Below, in pieces: positions 11,301-21,758 of a stretch of DNA of 64,000 nucleotides. The notes under the pieces are model-generated. The model ran no database searches and was not told the origin of the DNA. It saw only the letters and a program-made list of their open reading frames with translations. The stretch comes from Basidiobolus meristosporus CBS 931.73. Lineage: Eukaryota > Fungi > Basidiobolomycota. A program made the translations under genes and the position numbers. Position 1 is the stretch's first letter. Each line of letters opens with the position of its first letter. The stretch is from positions 1 to 64,000 of the forward strand of contig MCFE01000122.1 of the NCBI GenBank assembly GCA_002104905.1, in the 5' to 3' direction.

Positions 11301-12997
11301 GAGTCAAAAGCTTCTCATTACCCTCCAGACCACGTTGGGGATATTAGGTTGAGGCTCCGCTACGACGAGGTGGTGGTTCTACCCTCCGCGAATTACGAGG
11401 AGCTTGTGGGGGTATTTATGTCTAGTTTCATTCTGTCAGGCCCCAAATCGCTTACCAAGCCGCACAGATACTCCTCGATGTTGAGTCTAAGGTTGTTTTC
11501 GATCTTGTGGGCATCTCGAAGAACCTGGAATGGTTTTCTGAAAACATGATGCGGATTTACGAGGGCCGCAACTACGCCCTTGAGTGGCTGACATATTTGG
11601 CGTACCACGAGGTCAACTCGACAGGTTCGGATGCATCAGTTTGGTCGCAACAACTGAAGTAAATCTAATGGCTTGTGTCGCTAGATGACTCCAACATTCT
11701 GTTCCGAGGGAATTCTATCCTCACCAAAGCCATCGATAGTTACATGAAGATGATTGGTCTACAATACGTTGATGAGGCAATCGGTAGCATAGTGCGATCT
11801 ATCTGCGAAAACAAGATCGTTTGCGAGGTAGGGATTGTTCTTAGAATCTGGCATCGTCGGGCAACCATGTAACATGGGTATTGGTAGGTGGATATGACAA
11901 AGCTTGAAAAGAACCAGGATATCCGCGGACAATGGAGAATTCTTCTCACCTATACCAAGATGCTCTGGCAGGCTATAGAGAAATCGAAAGCGAAGTGTCC
12001 CGCGTATGTATAGCAATAGACGAGCATTCGTATTTTCGCAATTCTTTCTAATTCTTCACCAGAGAATTTCGCGTGTTCTTTGCGAATCTAAGAAAGATAA
12101 TCACCGACAAGTTTGCAAGCGAACTTGATAAATCTCTGGTTCGCTACACCTGCGTCAGGTAAAGATAGATTCTCGACATTTTTCTTGAAAGGCGCGCCAT
12201 ATTAATGACATGGCAGCGGATTCCTATTCCTGCGTCTCTTTTGCCCGGCAGTCCTATCCCCGAAATTGTTCAATCTGGTCAAGGGTAAGAGTCGCCACCC
12301 CTAGGAAACCAGCATGCTCTGATCCCCCGATTTCATTAAATAGAACACCCCGATGGTAAAACCCGAAGAACACTGACCCTGCTGGCCAAGTCGCTGCAAT
12401 GCCTGGCCAATCTCGCTGATTTTGGCTCTAAGGAGCCGTACATGATCCACATGAACGAGTTTATTCGGGTAATCATCGTCCGGCAATACGCTTGATCTGA
12501 ACTCAACTTAACCATTTCTGCATCCAGCATAACGCCACTAGTCTTATGGAGTTCATTGATTATGTCTCGGTAAGGATAAATCCTCCACGGATTTTGATTT
12601 TGGACTAATCCCACTCCAACCCCAGGTGAAACCAATCTCGCTTACTCCTTTGCCTAGAATCCTGCCATCTTACCAAAACTCCGAGTCGTTCTTTCTGCCT
12701 CCTCAGATCCCGAATCTGGTGGATATTGACAAGGAGCTTTCCAACTTCAGCAACTTCATCTCCTGTCACCGGGAAGACATACAGCAGCTGGTTAACGAGG
12801 GCAAAGTTATTAGTACCCCAGGTGTTCTTGAAAGGCTACTTGCCATATGCTGCCAGCTTAGCGAAAAGACCAACCTGATCCAGAACTCGGGTATGGCCAC
12901 AAACGGAATCAGCATTCCTGACAACCTTGACTGCAGAGCGGAAACTCCTTGCTCAAGCGACATATCACAGCCATCCAGATCGATTGGGGAGGACTAA
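8346..12997 (+). CDS. Ras GTPase-activating protein with BAR-PH-PH-C2-RasGAP architecture, many exons
   Basis: BAR start: [15 protein letters not shown]1: [10 protein letters not shown]...[19 protein letters not shown]2: [18 protein letters not shown]2: [19 protein letters not shown]...PYWREDFHF. RasGAP: [51 protein letters not shown]. Confidence 0.8.
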
Positions 12998-13024
12998 CTA
13001 GCCGTAATAGTTGGTCATTCATAG

Positions 13025-13136
13025 TTTAGTAATCGTTGTCTGGCCTAGCGAATCTTGCATAATATGATCTGATGAACACATTTAGTAATCGTTGTTTAAT
13101 TTAGTTAATCTTGCATAATATGATCTAATAAACACA
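13025..13136. repeat. Imperfect 56-bp tandem duplication between convergent genes
   Basis: TTTAGTAATCGTTGT...AATCTTGCATAATATGATCT...AACACA occurs at 13025-13080 and 13081-13136. Confidence 0.9.
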
Positions 13137-13233
13137 ATCAATTTACACACAAGGCGGGCTGTAGAGGGTGAGCGGTGTGCACGTGGATGTGGATGTGGGT
13201 ATGGGTACAGGTACGGGTATAGGTGAGCAACAG

Positions 13234-14221
13234 TTAAGGATGGCATTTGATCTCCAAGAAATCCACTTTCATGTCGAGTCTGCCGTCGTCATTGATATGT
13301 CTATCCTCCCAATTCACCCTGCCACCGGCCCACTCGCTGGTCCCATCCTCGTCACTATCCCCGCCATCCCAGACTCTGCAAATTCGTGTGAGCAGTCAGT
13401 ACAATACTTGATACACAAAACGTCCTGACACTTACGAGAACTCCACCTTAGCTGGGCTGGAAGGGAATCTATACGCATTGATTCTTCTGTCGTAGGTTTG
13501 GTCCTTCCTCAAAGTGCGTACAACTTGGCCATTAATCAACCAACTGGCCTCATAAGATGTTTAGGGATGGTTCCACTCGAAAGCTTTGGGAGAGTCGCTT
13601 ACCTGACTTGATCTGGGCGCCAATCTAGTGTATAGTTGACGAATTGCTTCGAACTGTCCACATTGATGTTATGCTCCTTGCTGTTGGTGAAGATCAGGTC
13701 ACCCTTATAAAAGAAATTGCTCAGCAGCTGCCTTGGCCGACCACCTAACCATTCTAGGTCCATTTCGTCCTTGTCGTTCGCCATGGTCTGGGAATATCAG
13801 GTTAATCAAACGTGTAGTAGGCTCCCAGTACGATGATCACTTACAAACATCGCGCTAACAATTCCTCTGGTGCCAGCTGTTCTCAATCGAGCGGTGATTC
13901 TGGCATACTGCAATTGTTGAGTCATTGTGGCTCTGGCCCCATCACCAACCCACCCTCCAGATGGGTGTCGGTCTCCCTTGACCACACGAAGCACAAGGTA
14001 CCCATTCTCTCGACGCACATCCCCCTCGGTGCTTAGTGGGATGGCGCTTCTACCGCTGAAAGTGTCTACGGCTTCCTTGCATATAGCAGCATCTGAGCGA
14101 GAGAAAATTGAAGAGAGAGTGAACGCAATCAGAAGCTAAATATCGTGGGAAATGTCAGTCCCAGTCACTTGGGAAGCAGTCGTTTAGAGTTCGGAGCGCT
14201 TACCTTGGCCGTGAGATGCAT
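13234..14221 (-). CDS. Secreted glycoside hydrolase family 16 (Crh-like transglycosylase), 5 exons
   Basis: Signal peptide MHLTAKLLIAFTLSSIFSRSDA; YARITARLRTAGTRGIVSAMF; catalytic DEMDLEW; YTLDWRPD; WLINGQVVRTL; FPSSPAKVEFSVWDGG...EWAGG. No GPI tail. Confidence 0.88.
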
Positions 14222-14505
14222 CGAAATAAATCCTGGAGAAAGAGAATGAAGGAGGGACTAATGTGCCAGGTATTCGAGCCACTTCCTTATAAAGTCCTGG
14301 AATAGGGGGCAACAAATCTTCCTACGTAGGTACGGGAGATTCCCCGAGAGCCTTGGGTAACCAAAGCTAGATGGATGTATGCAGGCTCAGCTAATGTAGC
14401 TAGATGTAGGTCGGAAAGGCATTGATCGATGATTGTGGCGTAGGATTGTGTACGAATTGCAGGTAATTCAAAAATCAGGAAAACTTTATTTACAGCTGAT
14501 AGCAG

Positions 14506-15465
14506 TCATTTGGAGGAAGTAAAGGTATTCCATGTGGCAACCAAATTTACAAGAAACCCAGCGGCCTCGTTCTTACGCTCTGATGGGTCGTGCGATACAC
14601 TCTCTATTAAGCAATTCCAGTTCTTCGCCCCTAAGCTGTGGTTGAATTGCATAAGAATGTGTCTATTCCAGTGGACCAAGTAGTCATGGATGTATCCTAA
14701 ACAGTTTCTATAGACCTTGCCAAATACAAGCCATTCACGGATATATGGATCCTTGGTTTGTGTTGGCATGGGCCTCTGTGGAGCAATTTTTAGCGGTAGG
14801 GGCTTAATCAAACATATTGGGGATTTTTCGGAAAGCATGGCATGCACTTGCACCGGCAAGTAGGTCTTCTCACCCGAATCGTCTGCCCCAGTCTGCCATC
14901 GAACTGTGAAGTCGGCATACATCGATTTCAGCATAGTACTCAAGCCATTACAGAGGGTTTTGATGTCTTCCGGGTGAACAAACATCATCATGGGTTTATC
15001 AACGATTTGGCTAGCGTTCAACCCCATAAAGGATGTTGGAAACACGTGCTCCACTATACCAAATGGGCTGATACTCAGCACGTTTCCAGCATTTGTTTGT
15101 TTCGGTGTGGGCGATGAGGTCAGGGAAGTGAGGAGTTTCTGATGTGTGATATCGCGAAGGCTCCAGTGTTGTCGTTGATGGAGTTGGTGAGCACATGCGT
15201 TTAGCCATATTGGCCCATGACCGAGATTTTTACACTTCAGTGTGAGGACCTCATTGGTATCGCTCAAATACTCCACCACTTCGAAGATCTCATGAAGGTC
15301 GAGACATGCAATCTCCGATATGTCCATATATCCAAACAGCCTCAACGCCTCACCTGTGGCCTTCGTGATGTGCAATCGCCCCCCCTCCATTTCTATCCAT
15401 ATGGTTGCTGTTGCGTGTAACGAGCAGTGACCTGACGTGTGATTTGCCAGATATCGAGGGGACAT
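14506..15465 (-). CDS. PAS-domain-containing protein
   Basis: 319-aa ORF with the PAS-like segment LSISPFGIVEHVF...MGLNASQIVDKPMMMFVHPEDIKTL...FTVRW and a more degenerate N-terminal PAS-like segment. Confidence 0.65.
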   Translation of the reverse strand: MSPRYLANHTSGHCSLHATATIWIEMEGGRLHITKATGEALRLFGYMDISEIACLDLHEIFEVVEYLSDTNEVLTLKCKNLGHGPIWLNACAHQLHQRQHWSLRDITHQKLLTSLTSSPTPKQTNAGNVLSISPFGIVEHVFPTSFMGLNASQIVDKPMMMFVHPEDIKTLCNGLSTMLKSMYADFTVRWQTGADDSGEKTYLPVQVHAMLSEKSPICLIKPLPLKIAPQRPMPTQTKDPYIREWLVFGKVYRNCLGYIHDYLVHWNRHILMQFNHSLGAKNWNCLIESVSHDPSERKNEAAGFLVNLVATWNTFTSSK

Positions 15466-15536
15466 GTAAGATAAACAACTCTATCAGGGAAAACCAGTTT
15501 GCCGGTTGTTGTGTTGACTGGATCTCGAGGTAGCTG

Positions 15537-16394
15537 ATGTGAGTATGCTCAATCTAGGTGGACGGAGTAAGAATGAAAAATCAGCCAAACCAGCAATTTG
15601 GCCCACTTAAATAACATCCCTAAGGTATTCAGGGGATGTGAGTTACCAATCATTCCAAGGTTCAGCGTTTCTACAGCCAATAACAACATGTTAAAGATCG
15701 GGTAACCCTAACCTTAGGGACACTGAACATGAATGACTTGCGAGTGTTGAGATTGGTCTTCGTTCATTCACTCCATTATGTAATGAGTGATCGACTCGTA
15801 CGTCACATCCACTGGAACTCTACTTGTGGTAGTAAATAAGCTTTCCCAGAGGAACCAGTCACATCAGGTTTCATATTGGCGACTCTGTATTGGCCGTTGC
15901 CCATGGTCACATGAGGGGCTCTGTAACAGTTCGCAACAAAATGTATAGCAATATTAGCAGATCACATGACCTTGGCCATTTGAAACCATATTAATATCGA
16001 TACCGCTATGCGTTCCAGTGATAGGTCAGGCAGAACGCTAAACAGCCATACAAACCTGTAGACTCCCGATATTTAGAAACTGTCACATTAAATAACCAAG
16101 ATGTATTGGCACATTAGCCAACAATATGTTGTTAATGAAGCAAGTGATCTCGGGAATAACATGTGATAGCTGTCAACGAATAAAACGCTCATGTGATACT
16201 AGTGGAAGTTGGTAAGGAGATGTATGCCTAGAATGTAGCTCCCACAGTAATATAATCAATGGAACTCTGTCTTGACAGAATCTGGATATCCCTAGCTACA
16301 CTAAATTCTCCAGCCTGCCGAAGGGACAGTGAGATGCTATGGACACGTGATTTCGAGGTGGTTCTCAACTGATGGCGGATATATAAAGTCACAT
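15537..16394. promoter_or_regulatory. Cluster of TCACAT(G)/ATGTGA E-box-like and GCCAAT motifs in a divergent promoter
   Basis: Ten TCACAT/ATGTGA hexamers start at 15537, 15636, 15803, 15859, 15907, 15962, 16083, 16161, 16191 and 16389. CACGTGA is at 16344, and several TATTGGC/GCCAATA sites are interspersed. Confidence 0.5.
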
Positions 16395-16512
16395 TAGCTG
16401 ACAGGAATTCCTCCTTATAGTATCCATCATATTAACCTTCAATTTTTTATTTCAAGCAACCTGATAAAGCTTGTACATACTTCTGTATCAATATCACTCT
16501 TCCCACCCTTAC

Positions 16513-17135
16513 ATGGCGAATTCATACCAGTACATCATCAGAGACTCGTCTGTACCTTGGCAAATCACCGACACCACAGACCCAAAATACACCCAGGTAG
16601 GCGCTTAAACCTTTTGTTCTTGTCATGTAAGACGCGAGGCTAAAACATATAATGCATTTTAGATATGCTCAAGAAGTAACTCTTTAGGGAGCTGCTTCAG
16701 CGATGATGAGAGCGAAGATGAATATTGGGGCAGATATGACCAAGGACAGATTCAGACTCCAATTAAACAGCAGAGCCATGAGGAATCATCCGATGACGAC
16801 TATTGGGCACAGTATGATGGAGTTGGTACTGAAACTCCACCACTGCCTGTAGAACAGTACAAGCAACCTCCGTTGAACCCTACAACCTCACACAGAGAGC
16901 CAAAGGAGAAAACAAATGCCGCACCCGAGGTCATGCGCAATGGTACCAACCGGGATATGGCGTCCGAATTAACGAAAAAACTAACCGACGTCCTTATTGA
17001 GGAAAAAAAGCCCTGATCAAGAAGGAGATTACTCGCGAACTGCTGAATGCTAGGAATTCAGCTACTGAGGCAGGCTTTTCTGATCGAGAGTACGAAGAAC
17101 TTGTATTTGAATGTTTGAAAGAGCTTTCCTTGTAA
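16513..17135 (+). CDS. Uncharacterised acidic protein with repeated D/E-YW-x-x-YD motifs; frame break near 17004-17016
   Basis: Exon 1 is MANSYQYIIRDSSVPWQITDTTDPKYTQ, followed by a GT-AG intron and ...EDEYWGRYD...DDDYWAQYD.... The zero frame stops at TGA 17014-17016; the -1 frame continues KALIKKEITRELLNARNSATEAGFSDREYEELVFECLKELSL* to 17135. Confidence 0.7.
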
Positions 17136-17719
17136 ATATTATTAACTGTGTTCTCCACACCTAATAGTTGGAAATATTGATATCTAAATAATGGCTCCCA
17201 ATAAGATTATCATATTCACTCAGTCAAGATGGTATTTTCAGCATTACGTACTTTCATAGAAAAAGCAGTGTACGAGTGCATGCTGCTTCGGATTTCCAGA
17301 TCATACATGTTCGAAACAAAAAAAATTGGAGTGTTGGCGTCATGCCTTTGTTATGGCTTGACTCTGAGTCATGTAGTTTCAAGTGGAGATCATTACTCAA
17401 CCGCGCGGAGGACAAATAGAGATGTTCCAGCGGTCGGAAGATTCACCTGAGTGAAGGGGTGCACGATGTATATACCACTACAACCGCAGTTCAACCGTAA
17501 CTCGCGTTTGGATGACACGACAACGTGAAGGCATCAGCACATTGATCGATCATGATAAAATTAAGTTCCACGAAATTTGACAGTCCCATCAGAGAAGTGG
17601 CAACTGATGAAGCAAATAATTGGAGAAATATATGTGGAGTTGAGAGGAGGGAAATCAATGGCCAATAAATGGCCACTGGACTAGCATCCATTCATACTCG
17701 TTCAGAGAGACCGCATCCC

Positions 17720-17806
17720 CAGAGCATTCATTGAGAGCACCCATTCTCATATACAGAGCATTCATCGAGAGCATCCATTCTCATATACAGAGCATTCATA
17801 GAAAGC
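17720..17806. repeat. 34-bp tandem repeat, ~2.5 copies
   Basis: CAGAGCATTCAT(T/C)GAGAGCA(C/T)CCATTCTCATATA occurs at 17720 and 17754, with a partial copy at 17788. Confidence 0.92.
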
Positions 17807-18149
17807 TACCATCATCATAGTCAGCACGATCTCACGTCTTTCCTTTCACATGATTTTGGAAATTTGTTTGAGGTCCCACGGGTGAATAATACCACAGTGA
17901 AAATTTTCTTGATGACGATGGTGATGATGATTAAGCCTCTTTTGAAGATTTAATCAATTTAATATCGAAAATATATAGATTATTTTGGTGAATTTGGGAA
18001 CCCCCTTTCAATCGAAGTTTGTATACCCCTCCCCGGAGTAGTGAAAAATTAGCTTTCCTTAAAGTCAACCTCAATACTTGTTTTTCGCCTTAACGCATCT
18101 ACCTCGTTCCCTTATTATCGGAAACTATCTTGCGTTTGTATTTGTGAAT

Positions 18150-20417
18150 ATGAAGAGCTCCACTGCCGCTTGGATTGCTGCCGGTTTGGTCGTTGCCACC
18201 GGTGTTGGTTATGCCGTCTACTTTGACCAAAAGCGTAGAAACGATCCTAAATTCCGCAAGCAACTCAGTATGTTTATTTTCCTCGTTGAAATACTCTTCT
18301 CCTCTTCTCCCCCCCCCACTAACCACACTGTGATTCGTTGCCACGATAGAGAAGAGCAAGAAGAAGGCTGATAAAGCCAAGAAGGCTGCTGAGGAGGATA
18401 TGGCTTAGCCAAGCCGCACAAAAGATTGCCGATTGCTTGGCCAAGGTAGCCAGTGAACCTCTTCCTATCACTCCCGAAGAGAAGGAACAATACTTCATGA
18501 CCCAGGTTGGCAAGGGAGAGCAATTGGCTGCTGTTGGTATGTACCTTACTCTATGCTTGATAATATCCCAAATAGCTTATGCCCAGTTGTTTATAGGTGA
18601 GCAAGGTTACGACGAAGCTGCTGTCTGTTTCTTCAAGGCCTTGAAGGTTTATCCCAGCCCCATCGAGCTTGTCATGATCTACCAAAAGACTGTTCCCGAA
18701 CCAGTCTTCAACCTTGTCATGGGAATGATGAGTTTAGAAGTCAGTTGCCATCATTGAGAATGACGTCATCGATTCATTTGCTAACATGTGGGCTCATATT
18801 TTAGCTTAAGCAAAAGCAAGAGAAATTCTATGAAGTCTTCCCTCCTAAGGGCTCTAATGTGGAGCTAAAGGAGCTTATCGAAACCGTTGAAGAAGGAAAG
18901 AAGATTGCCAAGAGAATCTCTCCGTTACCAAGGATTTCGCTGAGGGTGAGACCATCTACACCGAAGAGCCTGATGTTGTTGCTCTCGAGCCTTCCCTTGA
19001 AGGTAAATTCTGCAGCAACTGCCTTGTCAAACTTGGGGAGAAGAAGATTCCCTGTGATAGCTGCAATGTAGTTGCTTACTGCTCAGAGGAATGCCAGAAG
19101 GTCGCCTTCACTGATCATCATCAAGCTCTCTGCACTGGCAACACCTCCGATCCTGACTCCAAGGCCGAGGAATTCTTCAAGCTTTCCAAGGAGAACAAGA
19201 TTCCTATCATGATTGCCAAGTACTTGACTCACATGGTGTACGAGGAGAACCAAAAGCTCGCCGCCGGTGTTGAAGATGAGTACAGTGCCTGGGACCATCT
19301 TGAAAGATTGAAATACCTTGAGATTGTTCCAACTGAAAAGGAGGAGCAGGAGCTTCAAGCTACTCGCGATTTGCTTAGCACCAAGGTTCCTGGTATGGAA
19401 GAATTCCTTAATGACGAGCGATTCCTCTTACTTAAGGGCAAGATGATGTACAATGCCATCGGAATTACCAGTCAAGATGAGGAGGCTGTCAACGATGGCG
19501 ATAACTTTGCCCGTTCCGACCGTCAAGGCCACGTAATTGGAGCTGGCCTCTACAAGATCTCCAGCTATGCCAATCACACCTGTGAGCCCAACGCACGTGT
19601 CACTTTCCCCAAGGGTGACCGCAAGCTTGCTTTGGTTGCTACCAAGCCCTTGAAGGCTGGTGATCAACTCTTCATCACCTATGTGAAGATTGATGGCCGC
19701 AAACACAGCGAGAGAAAGGAAGAGCTTGTAAAGAAATACCGCCTCAAGTGTGAGTGTGACTTGTGCAAGAACGGTGTCGATCCTGAATCTACCTCCGAAG
19801 AAAAGCCCTCTGAAATCGAGTCACTTGAGAAGGAAATCGAGAACGCTTTATACGCTGAGGCCGAGCCCGCCGCTGAGAAGCCCGAAGAACCTGAAGTTCA
19901 AGAGAAGCCAGTAGTCAGTGATACTACCGAATTCCCAGCTGTCACTGAGGCCTATGCCGACGTTGTATCCGAGACTCCAGTTGTTGAGATTTCCGAGAAA
20001 CCTGCTGAGGTACCAGAAACCAAAGATTCAGAGTTCCCAACTCTGACTGAGGCCTACCCTGAGGTAGCTGAAGCCGAGGAGCCCATCAGCTATGCTGAAG
20101 CCGTCAAAGAGCCCGCCACCGAGGAAAGCGAGCCCGTTCCTTCTTATGCCGAGGTAGCTAAGGAGGCCGAGGTTGAGGCCACTGACGACAAGAAGGAAGA
20201 AGCCTCCCAGCCTCTTTCTTTCGCTGATGCTGTCAAGGAGGGAGTTCCCGAAGCCACTGAGCCTATTTCCTATGCCGATACTGTGAAGGAAGGATCAGGT
20301 AATGATTCCCTAAGCGAGTCTATTGAATGCCTAAAGATGACTGAATCGGAATTTGAAGAGGTTGGCGCTGAGTCCAGCGAAGAGCTGATAGCTGAACAAC
20401 CCGCCAAGCAAAACTAA
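18150..20417 (+). CDS. TOM20: Tom20 (MAS20) fused to a MYND/SET (SMYD-type) methyltransferase and an acidic repetitive tail; two 1-nt frame breaks in this sequence
   Basis: Tom20: GYAVYFDQKRRNDPKFRKQL, EEKEQYFMTQVGKGEQL, AAVCFFKALKVYPSPIELVMIYQKTVPEPVF. MYND: CSNC...CDSC...YCSEECQKVAFTDHHQALC. SET: GAGLYKISSYANHTCEPNA...GDQLFITY. Post-SET: CECDLC. Confidence 0.85.
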
Positions 20418-20805
20418 AAGAAAGCACTTTTTGAGTAACTCTTCCACATAACCTCATATTCATCGAAGTACACCGTTTCTCATTCCAAATCAGTTGGCGT
20501 TAACATTTTTCATTGATTTTTGTCTTTCTGTTCCATTCATAATGTACCATTTACCTTAAGGAGACACCATTAAAGCAATAAATAACAAAGCGCGTGTACT
20601 TTGTTCATGATTCCCATCAACCCACTGCACTGATTGGCATTTGGTATAGTGAAGCCTTGCATTGAATTTAATCGAAAAATTTTGTGGTCCTCAAATGTGG
20701 GGATTGAAATCAGAGGGGAAATTTTTGTCATGGCCTCTATTAGAGAGGGTGGTTTTTCTTTTGGCTTGTGGAATTGTTTAGAGCTTCTGTACCAGTATCA
20801 CGACA

Positions 20806-21332
20806 ATGTCTTTCTCCACCATTTTCTCTTCCGGTAATGATTCCATATACGAAGAGCCACCAGGCCCACTCTTGACGTGTTCAATGAAGCACTTGGCTAA
20901 TGCGCGGATTGTTTCTTTATTATTTTATAGTTAGAAATGCTTTCTCCACCCACCTGAAGCTGGTGACCAGTCCAGTGGTTCAAGCAAACACCCGCCTCGC
21001 TGCCGCTTCGGCTGCCCCTGCTCCCGCCACCGGAAGCTTCCTATTATCTGTGCCTATGCGTTTTGTGCACAACTACAAGCTGAAGACTCACAAGGGAACA
21101 CAAAAACGGTATGCACTCGTTCTCTATCCGCCAAAAACTTCTGTACTCACCAAGAACAAACTTAATTTTCAGCTGGAGAAAGACCGGTAACGGACTATTC
21201 AAAAGACAGCAGGTTGGCAAAAGACACTTGAATACCTCCATGTCACCCAAGCGCGGACGTCACTTGCGTAAGACCGCCCATTCCAATACCACTCAAAGAA
21301 GAGTCCTCGAGAAGTTGATGCCTTACGCCTAA
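20806..21332 (+). CDS. Mitochondrial ribosomal protein bL35m (3 exons)
   Basis: A presequence-like N-terminus is followed by YKLKTHKGTQKRWRKTGNGLFKRQQVGKRHLNTSMSPKR...LEKLMPYA*. Confidence 0.88.
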
Positions 21333-21758
21333 ACTCACACTCCTATCTATGCATTCTTTCCTGTACCCCGTAAAAACTGTGGTTCCCCTTCTTTTAGCAT
21401 TTTCCATTTGAACTCGTGAGACTTGTTTGTTCAAGTAGACTTTGAAATAAATCCAAATGTCTCTTTAATTTCTGGATAGTAGGGTCTTTGGGGCCATCAT
21501 GCGGGGAGTGTCGGAGTCGGATATCGAACGTGACCCAAGACCCACCGAAAACTTCGTCTGGCGTCGAACCAGAACTTAACTCATTAAATGATCATGTTGC
21601 ATAGGAGCATGATTACCTAAATCGAACATCAACGATCTTATGATCGTGTTGATTTTTCGTCCAAAAGTGACGTTGGCCCAACCCGAGCGAAGAGTTATTC
21701 CCAGCTCTCTTTCCCACCTCACCTCACCACACCTCCCTTTCCAGACGTAGAGAACAAA

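Noticed and set aside
17229-17691. Short ORFs of 73 and 66 aa
   Set aside because: No recognisable motif, splice pattern or codon bias.
20820-20940. Apparent frameshift in the bL35m gene
   Set aside because: Resolved by the upstream AG of TATAG|TTAG, giving SS-V-RNAF in frame.
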